From a virus: 64,000 bases of DNA. The notes beneath the pieces were generated by a model. The model saw only the letters and a list, made by a program, of their open reading frames with translations. It did no database searches and had not been told where the DNA came from. How positions within the stretch are numbered: position 1 is the first letter of the stretch; each line of letters starts with the position of its first letter. Position numbers and translations under genes: made by a program. The stretch is taken from positions 28,304-92,303 of IMG/VR virus record IMGVR_UViG_3300009149_006183; one strand, 5' to 3'. Of this stretch, positions 1-8,717 are shown one piece after another.

Positions 1-398
1 GAAAGGTAACTCCCCCAAGCCGTAGCTTTTCCAACCGAATTTTGCTTATACCAACAAATTTCGGTTCTGAATAGAAGACCTATTTCTGTCATTATATTAT
101 ACAAATGTGCATAAATACATCTGACATATTCTTTATCCTTGTCTACCTGCCTATTCGTCATGGCATCAATATTTATAGCGATTCTTCCGCCAGGAACTAA
201 TACTCTTTTACATTCTATAAAAATTGTTTTTAGCCACAATAAATAGTCATCGTACAACATGTCGTCTTCATGATTCCCATAGTTTATTTTTACATTATAG
301 GGGGGCGACGAGAAAATAAGATGAACAGAGTTATCGGTTATCTTTTTTAATCCAGACAGGACATCGTCACATATTATTTTATTGACTGTTTCTTCCAT
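1..398 (-). CDS. DNA methyltransferase, N4-C/N6-A beta class (partial, runs off window start)
   Basis: Not in ORF track. My translation from ATG at 398: MEETVNKIICDDVLSGLKKITDNSVHLIFSSPPYNV...ECKRVLVPGGRIAINID. SPPY catalytic motif IV with the typical downstream segment. Confidence 0.9.
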   Translation of the reverse strand, partial: MEETVNKIICDDVLSGLKKITDNSVHLIFSSPPYNVKINYGNHEDDMLYDDYLLWLKTIFIECKRVLVPGGRIAINIDAMTNRQVDKDKEYVRCIYAHLYNIMTEIGLLFRTEICWYKQNSVGKATAWGSYL

Positions 399-1012
399 TT
401 ATTATCTTCCCATTTTTTCTGTTTTAATCTAAAAGGCGGAATATGATATTCGTTTTCACCTAATATAAAATTATAAACCTCTATCAATTCGTTAATATTC
501 TCGGATGATATAAGAAAATCTATTTTCTGATAAACCTTATCAAGAAAGTCTAATTCGTTTTCCTCGTAGTCCACCTGTTCTAAATACATTAATCCTAAAG
601 ATGATATTTCTAATGAGATATCATCAAATATTTTTTTAGTCTCTTCTCTACCAGACTGATAATCTTTTTTAATACTATTTATTAAAAAAGGTAGTTCCTG
701 CTCTCCTGATACGTCTATACTCCCGCCCAACATCTCTAGAGCCTTTCTCCAGGAGATATTATTCAAATTAGCATATAGGGATACCACATCTCCACTTTTC
801 TTACATCCAAAACAATAATAGTTTTGATGAGACCCAGGCTTGTCATATACGGTAAATGATGGTTTAGTCTCTGTGTGCCCGGGCATCGGGCAAAGATATA
901 GCAACTTGTCTCTATAGGTTGATACGGGAATATGTCCAGCAGATTCTAAAAGATCAGTTATTAGATTGTTACTTTGGACCTGTTCTATAATTATTAAATT
1001 TTTATTATCCAT
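374..1012 (-). CDS. Primase-type CHC2 zinc-finger protein (no TOPRIM domain)
   Basis: CPMPGHTETKPSFTVY...NYYCFGCKKSGD matches the DnaG zinc-binding domain. ATG at 1012, overlapping the helicase stop, is preferred to the track start at 1075. Confidence 0.8.
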   Translation of the reverse strand: MDNKNLIIIEQVQSNNLITDLLESAGHIPVSTYRDKLLYLCPMPGHTETKPSFTVYDKPGSHQNYYCFGCKKSGDVVSLYANLNNISWRKALEMLGGSIDVSGEQELPFLINSIKKDYQSGREETKKIFDDISLEISSLGLMYLEQVDYEENELDFLDKVYQKIDFLISSENINELIEVYNFILGENEYHIPPFRLKQKKWEDNKWKKQSIK

Positions 1013-3833
1013 TATTACAGTTAGAAAGAAACTCATCAAAGTTATTTGAGGTCTCATCCTTTTTAATATGTTCATCGAAATTCAGGGCATCGCTATCATT
1101 TATTTTATTCATAATCTCTTCCTGGTTCTGAGTGTAAAAAGTAGTATTAATACTTTTAATTAAACTAATTTTTGGGTCTACTTCTAACATGGTTTTATTA
1201 GACCCGTTAGAAAATACGTTTTTGCCGTATCTAGATTTAATCTGTATAAATTCTATTCTTGTATTATCATTGGCCTGTTGAGGCTTCATCTGCGCATACA
1301 TAGCATCTGAATCAGCACTATATTGATGAGATCCATGAATATCTTCGGAATAAAAAACACCCTTAGAGCCTGACTTCCTGTATCTTTTTAATCCCTCTCT
1401 TCCTAGTTGAGCTCCAGAAACAACACAAAGCCCCTCTTCATGAATAGCCCCTGGTTTTCCCATCGTTCTTAGATATTTTAACATATCTCCAACTTCTAAA
1501 TCGTTTCTATCTCTACGGTGGGTTGTTTCGTCGGGAATTAAATTTGCGATATAGTCAACAACAACAAGATTAGGCTTGAACACGTCGATATTTCGCTCTA
1601 TTTCCCTGCGGATAGTAGACACTGGAATTTGCTCTGGAGCCTCCATAATATAAAAACTACAATGGTGCTCATTCTCGATTGATTTCACTTGGAACTCAAA
1701 ATCGCGAGCTTTATTTAACTGATCTACAGATAAGAATTTTGGATGTTGCAATTGCTCAAATGGTATTTGTGTTTCTCTAGACATAAATTTTTGATACATC
1801 TTCTCCCTTGGCATCTCTAACGGGACATATAATACATTTTTATGAGATAATTTCCATACATTAATAGCGACGTTTAGCATCATCGTAGAATTATGCGTAA
1901 CAATATTATTAGAAACAAAATTATGAGATCCAGCCATACAGACCTCATATGTCTGTTCTTTTCCAATATATTCTATGTTAGATATCTCATCCCAATAAAT
2001 ATCACTATTCGCTATATCTAATAATTCTTGATCATTATTTAGATATTGAGCAATACGAGACAAAACAGCCCTGCTTATAGAGCTATCCTTATTACCGCAA
2101 TGTCCTAAATCTTGTTTCCAATTATCATAAACCCCTCTTCTATAATATCTTCTACATCCAGTTTTAGACTTATTATATTCTTTAAACTTGCTATCTAATA
2201 ACTCCCAAATTTTTGATGGGATAACATCTCTATTAGTATTAGATTTTGAGCTTTTCTCTTTTATCCTATCTATATTGTCTAATAATAATTGCTGTTTTTT
2301 ACCGGTGAAACCAATTTGTTCGTAAAATGAATGTATTTGAGGACAATCCGTTATATTAACTCTCCACGTAAATCCCTTATCGATTTTAACAGAATCTTTT
2401 TTATAATATGATTTATACTTTTTTATAGACGCTATTATTCCAAATTTTAATAAAAGATCCCTAACATCTTTTGACAATTGTTCTGATGAAGTGTAATAAG
2501 AAATAACATATTTTTCTCTATTTCCACTCGCAGATATTTGTAGCCCTCCATCTACAGAATACATCATTCTCAATAAAGAAGATAAGGATTTTTTATTCCA
2601 CGAAAATACATCATTATGGATTCTTTTATCAACAGCCTTACACCCTATGTCAAATTTATTAATAAGATCTTGAGCTCCACGTATTCCATATTGTCCCTTA
2701 ATTCTAATACCATGTTTGTGTTTACAGACCATTTTCATGTTAATTTTATAACAAGAAGATTTCATAATTTTCACAATAGCGGGGTCCAGGTTCGTAGAAG
2801 TAATGTTTGTAAAAGTTCCACCCTCTGAAAGCAATCCGCCTAAAACGACAGGAATTCCTTCTTGCACAGAAATTTTACCGAATGGAGATTTTCTAGAAAT
2901 GGCTAGCGTATCTCCTTTCGTTAATGTAGATGTCGCTCTATATCCCTCCCAGGATAAATGTCTATGATCTTCTGTAGACTTTATTTCATGACCAAGACGC
3001 GTTGTAATTTTATAACAGTCTTTCTTTCCAGTATCTATAACATCTAAAATATTTACAAATTCTATTTTATGATTACAAGGATTAAATTGCATCAACTTAT
3101 CTTTTCGTCCTAACCGATTTCTCCTATATAATTCTTCAAGCGTGACCCTCGTTCCATCTTCTAAATTCTGCAAATTATTATAATGTCCGCACTTATAGCC
3201 TCCGACATCTCCACAAAATAAGATTAGAGAACCAGGAGCAAACCCCGTTCCCAATGTCTCATCTATTTCTTTAATATGGCATAGTATCGTATCATCTCCA
3301 CCCTTTTTATTTCTATTTTCTACTAGTTTATTATAGAATATCGGGGCGTAATCCGAAACAGATTCATAATATATTTTATTTTCACTCGAAGAATCTACTA
3401 CTATATCACCCAGATTAAGAGCTAATCTTTTGGCGGCAATCAGTCCGCCACTTATTTTCGTGTCTTTTTGATAATCTTCAATGCATTTTAAAGTATTTCT
3501 ATCTACAGATGCCTCAAAAATTTTATTCTTCAAGTCTGGATAATCATTGATATCGACATTTAACATATTAGATATATTAAATATATGCTCTTGAGCCTGT
3601 ATATCTAATTTGGCCTTAACATTCTTTTTAATAAAAGAGATAAAGGTCTTTCTGGTTAATAATACCCCGTCGTTAAACGATGCCGTAATCGCTCTGAGGA
3701 TGTAGTGATGTGCCTCATCGAAGTATTTAGTACTTAGCGGGCTAGTCAACCAGTCAGACACTAATTCCTTATTCTGTAAAAGAAGACTGATAAAGTCTTT
3801 CTCTATTTTAAGTTTTTCTTTATAGTCTATCAT
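1005..3833 (-). CDS. dnaB: Replicative DnaB-like helicase, intein-containing
   Basis: Walker A GDVGGYK/S after intein removal, VLYVPLEMP, Walker B VVVDYI, AQLGR, KSRYG arginine finger. Confidence 0.88.
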   Translation of the reverse strand: MIDYKEKLKIEKDFISLLLQNKELVSDWLTSPLSTKYFDEAHHYILRAITASFNDGVLLTRKTFISFIKKNVKAKLDIQAQEHIFNISNMLNVDINDYPDLKNKIFEASVDRNTLKCIEDYQKDTKISGGLIAAKRLALNLGDIVVDSSSENKIYYESVSDYAPIFYNKLVENRNKKGGDDTILCHIKEIDETLGTGFAPGSLILFCGDVGGYKCGHYNNLQNLEDGTRVTLEELYRRNRLGRKDKLMQFNPCNHKIEFVNILDVIDTGKKDCYKITTRLGHEIKSTEDHRHLSWEGYRATSTLTKGDTLAISRKSPFGKISVQEGIPVVLGGLLSEGGTFTNITSTNLDPAIVKIMKSSCYKINMKMVCKHKHGIRIKGQYGIRGAQDLINKFDIGCKAVDKRIHNDVFSWNKKSLSSLLRMMYSVDGGLQISASGNREKYVISYYTSSEQLSKDVRDLLLKFGIIASIKKYKSYYKKDSVKIDKGFTWRVNITDCPQIHSFYEQIGFTGKKQQLLLDNIDRIKEKSSKSNTNRDVIPSKIWELLDSKFKEYNKSKTGCRRYYRRGVYDNWKQDLGHCGNKDSSISRAVLSRIAQYLNNDQELLDIANSDIYWDEISNIEYIGKEQTYEVCMAGSHNFVSNNIVTHNSTMMLNVAINVWKLSHKNVLYVPLEMPREKMYQKFMSRETQIPFEQLQHPKFLSVDQLNKARDFEFQVKSIENEHHCSFYIMEAPEQIPVSTIRREIERNIDVFKPNLVVVDYIANLIPDETTHRRDRNDLEVGDMLKYLRTMGKPGAIHEEGLCVVSGAQLGREGLKRYRKSGSKGVFYSEDIHGSHQYSADSDAMYAQMKPQQANDNTRIEFIQIKSRYGKNVFSNGSNKTMLEVDPKISLIKSINTTFYTQNQEEIMNKINDSDALNFDEHIKKDETSNNFDEFLSNCNNG
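1890..3191 (-). mobile_element. Class 1 intein with in-frame LAGLIDADG endonuclease, in the DnaB P-loop
   Basis: Starts CGHYNN; block B STEDHRHL; LAGLIDADG-like VLGGLLSEGG and LLRMMYSVDGG; ends FVSNNIVTHN followed by S. 434 aa. Confidence 0.9.
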
Positions 3834-4630
3834 TTATTACTCGCCAAAGAAATTATAAAAGTTTTTGGATCTCTAATTATTTTAGTTATAGCGACTCCCA
3901 AAGCATCTTCTGAATTAAATTTAGTTATATCAAATCTAATGACTAAAATAGTGGGCAACCCGTCATTTAGTCTTTCTAAGAAAAAGGCGTCTAGAGCCTG
4001 TTTTCTCCAGCGCTGGTCAGTGTACGTTATGTCATCTACCACTAGCCAATCAGAAGAACATAATTCGGAAACGCTAACATCATCTTTTTTAAGAACTTTA
4101 TTTTCTAATATGGGATATTCTATCCAGTCATATGTTTGGCAAAAACTATCATCACCAGAAAGTCTACTTTTTATAGCTTCTTTCATTATTAATGATGCAA
4201 TAAGAGTTTTGCCTTTTGGGCTTTTACCTGACTTTTGATTCAACGATGAGTCATCGAAAATAACTACATTACTGCCAGTTAGACGCCTTTTAGATATACA
4301 AGAATGACTATCTAGAACCGTAGATGGTGTCTCTTGTATTTTTAAAATGTCAATACCTGTCCAACAGTAATCAACGACTTTTTTCTTAGCCTCAAGAGCC
4401 ACACCAGCATCAATAAGCAGATTATTATCGAGAGATAGACCGTCAAAATCATGAATAGTAAATTTATAGTATGGGTGGGGTATTACGCAACGCAGATATG
4501 CCTGAGTCTCTGCCGCGATCTTACAAGTACACTTGTCTCCCTTTGGACACTTTGAGATATCGTCAACATTACAATATTTTTTAGACATATATCTCTCTAG
4601 CTCTTGTTTAATATTAATTATATCTTTCAT
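3830..4630 (-). CDS. DnaC/IstB-like helicase loader ATPase
   Basis: N-terminal Cys cluster, KGKTLIAS Walker A-like, WLVVDDI Walker B, RLNDGLPTI; adjacent to dnaB. Confidence 0.65.
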   Translation of the reverse strand: MKDIINIKQELERYMSKKYCNVDDISKCPKGDKCTCKIAAETQAYLRCVIPHPYYKFTIHDFDGLSLDNNLLIDAGVALEAKKKVVDYCWTGIDILKIQETPSTVLDSHSCISKRRLTGSNVVIFDDSSLNQKSGKSPKGKTLIASLIMKEAIKSRLSGDDSFCQTYDWIEYPILENKVLKKDDVSVSELCSSDWLVVDDITYTDQRWRKQALDAFFLERLNDGLPTILVIRFDITKFNSEDALGVAITKIIRDPKTFIISLASNK

Positions 4631-4631
4631 T

Positions 4632-6299
4632 TTATATCTCTAATTGTTTAACATCATCATAGATAGTGGAACCAGCACACTGAGAAGGAGGTCTATTAGC
4701 CATAGTGCAACAATCTTTTGCCCACGACCGCATCTCGTCAATAACGTCACTTCGCATGACAGATAGGGGTTTAAAAGATTTTAATGCTGATAGAATATCG
4801 TTATCAACTATAGTCCTTTTAGATTCTGAAAAACCAACGAATAGAGCAGAAACGATAGCTTTTTCAATTTCTGCCCCACTATAGTTTTCGCTATTTAATG
4901 CGAGACAATCGATATCAAAATCGCCATCATTTCTTTTATACCTTTTTAACAGGGCTTTAAAGATAGCTTTTCTTTCATATAGGTGGGGAAGGTCAACAAA
5001 AAATATCTCATCAAATCTTCTCATAAATTCTGGAGGTAATTGCGTATAATCGTTAGCCGTGGCGAATACGAATACGGGTTTTTCTTTTTCTTCCATCCAA
5101 GTTAAAAACGTAGAGATAACTCTATTTGTAGTTCCCCCATCTGTTTGCCCGCTTGATTTTCCACCAGACAAACCTTTTTCTATTTCGTCCAGCCAAAGAA
5201 TACACGGGGATACAACCTCAGCCAGTTTAATCGAATCTCGCGATCTCTCTTCGCTTTCTCCCTGTAATGATCCGAATAGTCTACCGAAGTCTAATCTCAA
5301 AAGCGGCATCTGGTATAAGCTAGCGACAGCTTTAGCACATAAGCTTTTTCCTGTCCCACTGCAACCGATAGTTAATACTCCCTTTGGACATGGAATACCA
5401 TACTCTGCGGCTTCGGGATGGAATGCTAATAGCCGAAGTTTTAGCCAATCAACAAGATTATCAAGCCCACCGATATCATCCATAGAGACTTTAGGTTCTA
5501 AGAATTCTAATGTGCCTTTTTTCCTAATAATTTGTCGCTTCTCTTTAAGTATTGATGGAATAACAAACTTTTTATGTAGAACTAGAGATTTTGCATAAGC
5601 CATCTGAGCCTCTACTAGAGTTAAACCACTAACAGATTTAATAAGGGTGTTTTCATTTTTTGTTGTTTCTTTTTTTAGGTTAGGTAATTTACCTTGTTTC
5701 TCGACAGCTTTAACCATACTCCATAGCGCTTTTTTAATTTCTAAATCGTTTGGGTATGGAAAATCTACAACAGAAATACTATTTTCTAATGCTGGAGACG
5801 TTCTAAAAGATGGGCCAGTCATAATTATATGTGTCATAGAATTTATAGATGCGAATGTCTTTAATCTTCGTTCTATATCTGGAGTAACAACATCTGGGGC
5901 TATCCACCTATGAAAATCTAAAAGTATATAGATATTTCCAGATATTCCATTAGTCTTCATAAACTTCGCGTTTTGAATATCCTTCTCAGCCTCTCCTATT
6001 ATTTTAGTTAATATCTCTTCTGGGATAGTCAAGTCTGTTGTAGTCGCGGCGTCTTTTTGTCCAGAAAGCAAATCGATAGCTCCCAAATAGCAATCCCAAA
6101 CGTGCGTTCTGTATCCTCTAACCGCAGACAAATATTTAAAATAATCTTTAAGTCTTTTTTCCTCACTACATGTCAAGAAAATAAGAGGTGAGCGGCTTTT
6201 AAGTAGAGCCAGTATATCATTGTGAAAATCTTGAGTCGCCATCATCTCTAGATTCTGTTCGTAATTAGACACGCCTATCTTTTCTTCGTCTTGGGCCAT
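4632..6299 (-). CDS. AAA+ ATPase, Ycf46-like (degenerate N-terminal plus active C-terminal AAA domain)
   Basis: DIGGLDNL, GCSGTGKS, LWLDEIEKG, ATAN, RRFDEIFFVDLP, YSGAEIE. SD AGGAG upstream of the ATG at 6299. Confidence 0.9.
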   Translation of the reverse strand: MAQDEEKIGVSNYEQNLEMMATQDFHNDILALLKSRSPLIFLTCSEEKRLKDYFKYLSAVRGYRTHVWDCYLGAIDLLSGQKDAATTTDLTIPEEILTKIIGEAEKDIQNAKFMKTNGISGNIYILLDFHRWIAPDVVTPDIERRLKTFASINSMTHIIMTGPSFRTSPALENSISVVDFPYPNDLEIKKALWSMVKAVEKQGKLPNLKKETTKNENTLIKSVSGLTLVEAQMAYAKSLVLHKKFVIPSILKEKRQIIRKKGTLEFLEPKVSMDDIGGLDNLVDWLKLRLLAFHPEAAEYGIPCPKGVLTIGCSGTGKSLCAKAVASLYQMPLLRLDFGRLFGSLQGESEERSRDSIKLAEVVSPCILWLDEIEKGLSGGKSSGQTDGGTTNRVISTFLTWMEEKEKPVFVFATANDYTQLPPEFMRRFDEIFFVDLPHLYERKAIFKALLKRYKRNDGDFDIDCLALNSENYSGAEIEKAIVSALFVGFSESKRTIVDNDILSALKSFKPLSVMRSDVIDEMRSWAKDCCTMANRPPSQCAGSTIYDDVKQLEI

Positions 6300-6314
6300 C
6301 AAATAATCTCCTCT

Positions 6315-6818
6315 TTACGTCTTAGGGGTTAGTACTATACTAAACATCTTATCTCCGGGCTCTTCTTTTCCGAAATCCGCCTTGTCTGCGAAAGCGTTAG
6401 CATTCTCTCTAAATTTAATCTTTGCTTGAGCCTGATGGGGCATAGGGCAACCCTTTAGTTTTAAAGTATACTTCACCTTATATTTCTTATCTAGGAATTT
6501 GTGGACTAATCTATGCTTGGTCTCAAGATCGTGATCAGATATGCCGTGTCCAATTCTAACTTCCTTTATGATTACGACATTGTGAGAATTCTTTTTATCT
6601 TTTTTAGATTGATGATATTTATATTTTCCATAATCTATTATTTTACAAACTGGAAAAGTTTCGCTACCTACAGAGAATTGAACAAGATCTAGTCCCAAAT
6701 CCCTAGCCTGGCTAATTCCCTCATCTCTGCTGACAACACCCTTAAATTCTCCGTTCTCATCTATAAGCGTAATTCGTTTATTATAGATGTCATAATTCAA
6801 CTTCTTTTCATCGCTCAT
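6315..6818 (-). CDS. infC: Translation initiation factor IF-3
   Basis: ITLIDENGEFKGVV...GLDLVQ...PVCKIIDYGKYKY...IKEVRIG..ISDHDLETK...KVK: both IF3 N- and C-terminal signatures. Confidence 0.9.
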   Translation of the reverse strand: MSDEKKLNYDIYNKRITLIDENGEFKGVVSRDEGISQARDLGLDLVQFSVGSETFPVCKIIDYGKYKYHQSKKDKKNSHNVVIIKEVRIGHGISDHDLETKHRLVHKFLDKKYKVKYTLKLKGCPMPHQAQAKIKFRENANAFADKADFGKEEPGDKMFSIVLTPKT

Positions 6819-6832
6819 TCCCTATATTTCTC

Positions 6833-7603
6833 CTATATATCAATAATAATTGAATAGTCTTCTTTTAACTTTTTTATAATCATTTCTTTAGTGACTTTTC
6901 CCAGATTGTTGTTATATTTTTCAGTTTTTTCTTTTATCTTAGCGATACTCCCATTCTGAGTTGATGATGTAATAACCTGCGACACCTTCTCATATAATCT
7001 GGCTTCGCTTAATAAGTTTTTTTCCAATAAATAATTAATTGACAATATCAATCCGTAATTAAAAACTAAAGCCTCGAAACTTAAAGAATAAAACATATCT
7101 AAGTCTTTCTCTGAAACAGAATTATCTACATTTGTTGAGGGCGAGGTTGTCGCTGCTGGGGTGGAATTATCTTGATAATTATAAGCAGAACAAAACGCAC
7201 TTAGAGGCTTCTTATTTAACATAAAATGCAGCCAGAATTTTATGTTAAAATCTTTACAATAGAGCAGCCACTCTCTATAAAAATAATCAATATAAGCTTT
7301 TAATAATATATTATCGCAGAAGCCGTAAGAATCTCTAAGCTGAGTCTTTACCCTACTTAAATATGTTGTAACCCCAAGCAGGTTAAAGCTCCAAGGTTCT
7401 CCAACAGTCTCTGAATATTCTTTTTCCATATAAAATGAAAAATCTCTTTGACTCCATTCTGCTAAATCTCTAGACTGATAGCGTGAAACTTTTCTAGACT
7501 TGGGCCAATGCGAAAATGTATTTTCTTTCTTTTTTGCAGCACTATTTTTCGGGTTTTTAGCCCCATTAAGGTTATCTATTAAAATAGATTCTATATCAAA
7601 CAT
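6833..7603 (-). CDS. Hypothetical protein
   Basis: 256-aa ORF with SD AGGAG, in a tightly packed operon. Confidence 0.7.
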   Translation of the reverse strand: MFDIESILIDNLNGAKNPKNSAAKKKENTFSHWPKSRKVSRYQSRDLAEWSQRDFSFYMEKEYSETVGEPWSFNLLGVTTYLSRVKTQLRDSYGFCDNILLKAYIDYFYREWLLYCKDFNIKFWLHFMLNKKPLSAFCSAYNYQDNSTPAATTSPSTNVDNSVSEKDLDMFYSLSFEALVFNYGLILSINYLLEKNLLSEARLYEKVSQVITSSTQNGSIAKIKEKTEKYNNNLGKVTKEMIIKKLKEDYSIIIDI

Positions 7604-7619
7604 TTACTTCTCCTGGTGG

Positions 7620-8714
7620 TTAAGCCACTATAAGATATTCAACACTATCAGATTTTTTCCTATACTTATACTGGTGATTTACTGCATAAACTTCTCTTAT
7701 TTTCCTAACTTCAGAAATCACTTCTTTAATTTTGTCTATATTCGACCAGCTTGAATCATTGTAACTTATTGCCCAGACAGGGATATAAATTAACTCCGAA
7801 ATTAGCTGCCTAAAATTTTCTTCGTAATTACTTATATCAACAAATTTTTTGCAGTTTCCACTAAAAATATCTGTACTTTGTCGGATATACGACTCGCAGA
7901 AACCATACATCGCAGCGTAATCACTTTGTGCGGCCCCGTACGGAGGATCAATATAGGCGATATCTACGGCTGGCTTGTCGTTCTTTAATAATTCTATACA
8001 GTCTTTGTTATAAACCTCATGCCCACCAAGATCATTTTCTATATTTAAATTCTTCCACTCTATTTTATTAAAGTTAATTTGCTGCCCACGATTTCTATGA
8101 TGCTTAATGCGATGGTCTACCTTAGCCAAGATTTGCCCGTTATTTAATCTGCCGCCGATAAAGCACCTATCCATTATAAATAATTGTATATTAGCGAAAA
8201 CTAGAGCTCTTTTAGTCTTATCTAAAGCGGAATCGCTAGGGAATACCTTATAGATATTATAATATATCCTATCTAAATTATTTGCTTCTTCTTCTGTAAA
8301 CCTATCGATAAAATTATCTAAAACGAAATGATTATGGTTATCGAATCCTTCGTCATTTTTTATAAGAAACTCAGATTCGTCTGTAGATATTTTCACTATA
8401 TTGTTTTTGACAAAAGCTTCCGCATAAACAGAAGAAGATAAAAGAATATCATTAGATACAACCCTCTTCCCCAACAATTTCATCATCATAGAAACACAGG
8501 CACTACCACAAAATAAATCTAGAATTGAATCATATTCTATATTGTTCTTTTTTAAAACATTTATAATTTCTACAATCAAATCTCTTTTATTACCGATATA
8601 TGGGTTTTTAAAATTTTTAATTATATTTCTAAAATATAATATATTCGACTCTTTTGTATTGACACAAGATTGACTAACAAAATCTATTTCTTCTGGGCAA
8701 CTGAATTTTACCAT
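7620..8714 (-). CDS. DNA adenine methyltransferase (D12/Dam-like, alpha class)
   Basis: PYIGNK, LDLFCGSACVS (motif I), AYIDPPY (motif IV). Confidence 0.9.
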   Translation of the reverse strand: MVKFSCPEEIDFVSQSCVNTKESNILYFRNIIKNFKNPYIGNKRDLIVEIINVLKKNNIEYDSILDLFCGSACVSMMMKLLGKRVVSNDILLSSSVYAEAFVKNNIVKISTDESEFLIKNDEGFDNHNHFVLDNFIDRFTEEEANNLDRIYYNIYKVFPSDSALDKTKRALVFANIQLFIMDRCFIGGRLNNGQILAKVDHRIKHHRNRGQQINFNKIEWKNLNIENDLGGHEVYNKDCIELLKNDKPAVDIAYIDPPYGAAQSDYAAMYGFCESYIRQSTDIFSGNCKKFVDISNYEENFRQLISELIYIPVWAISYNDSSWSNIDKIKEVISEVRKIREVYAVNHQYKYRKKSDSVEYLIVA

Positions 8715-8717
8715 TAT

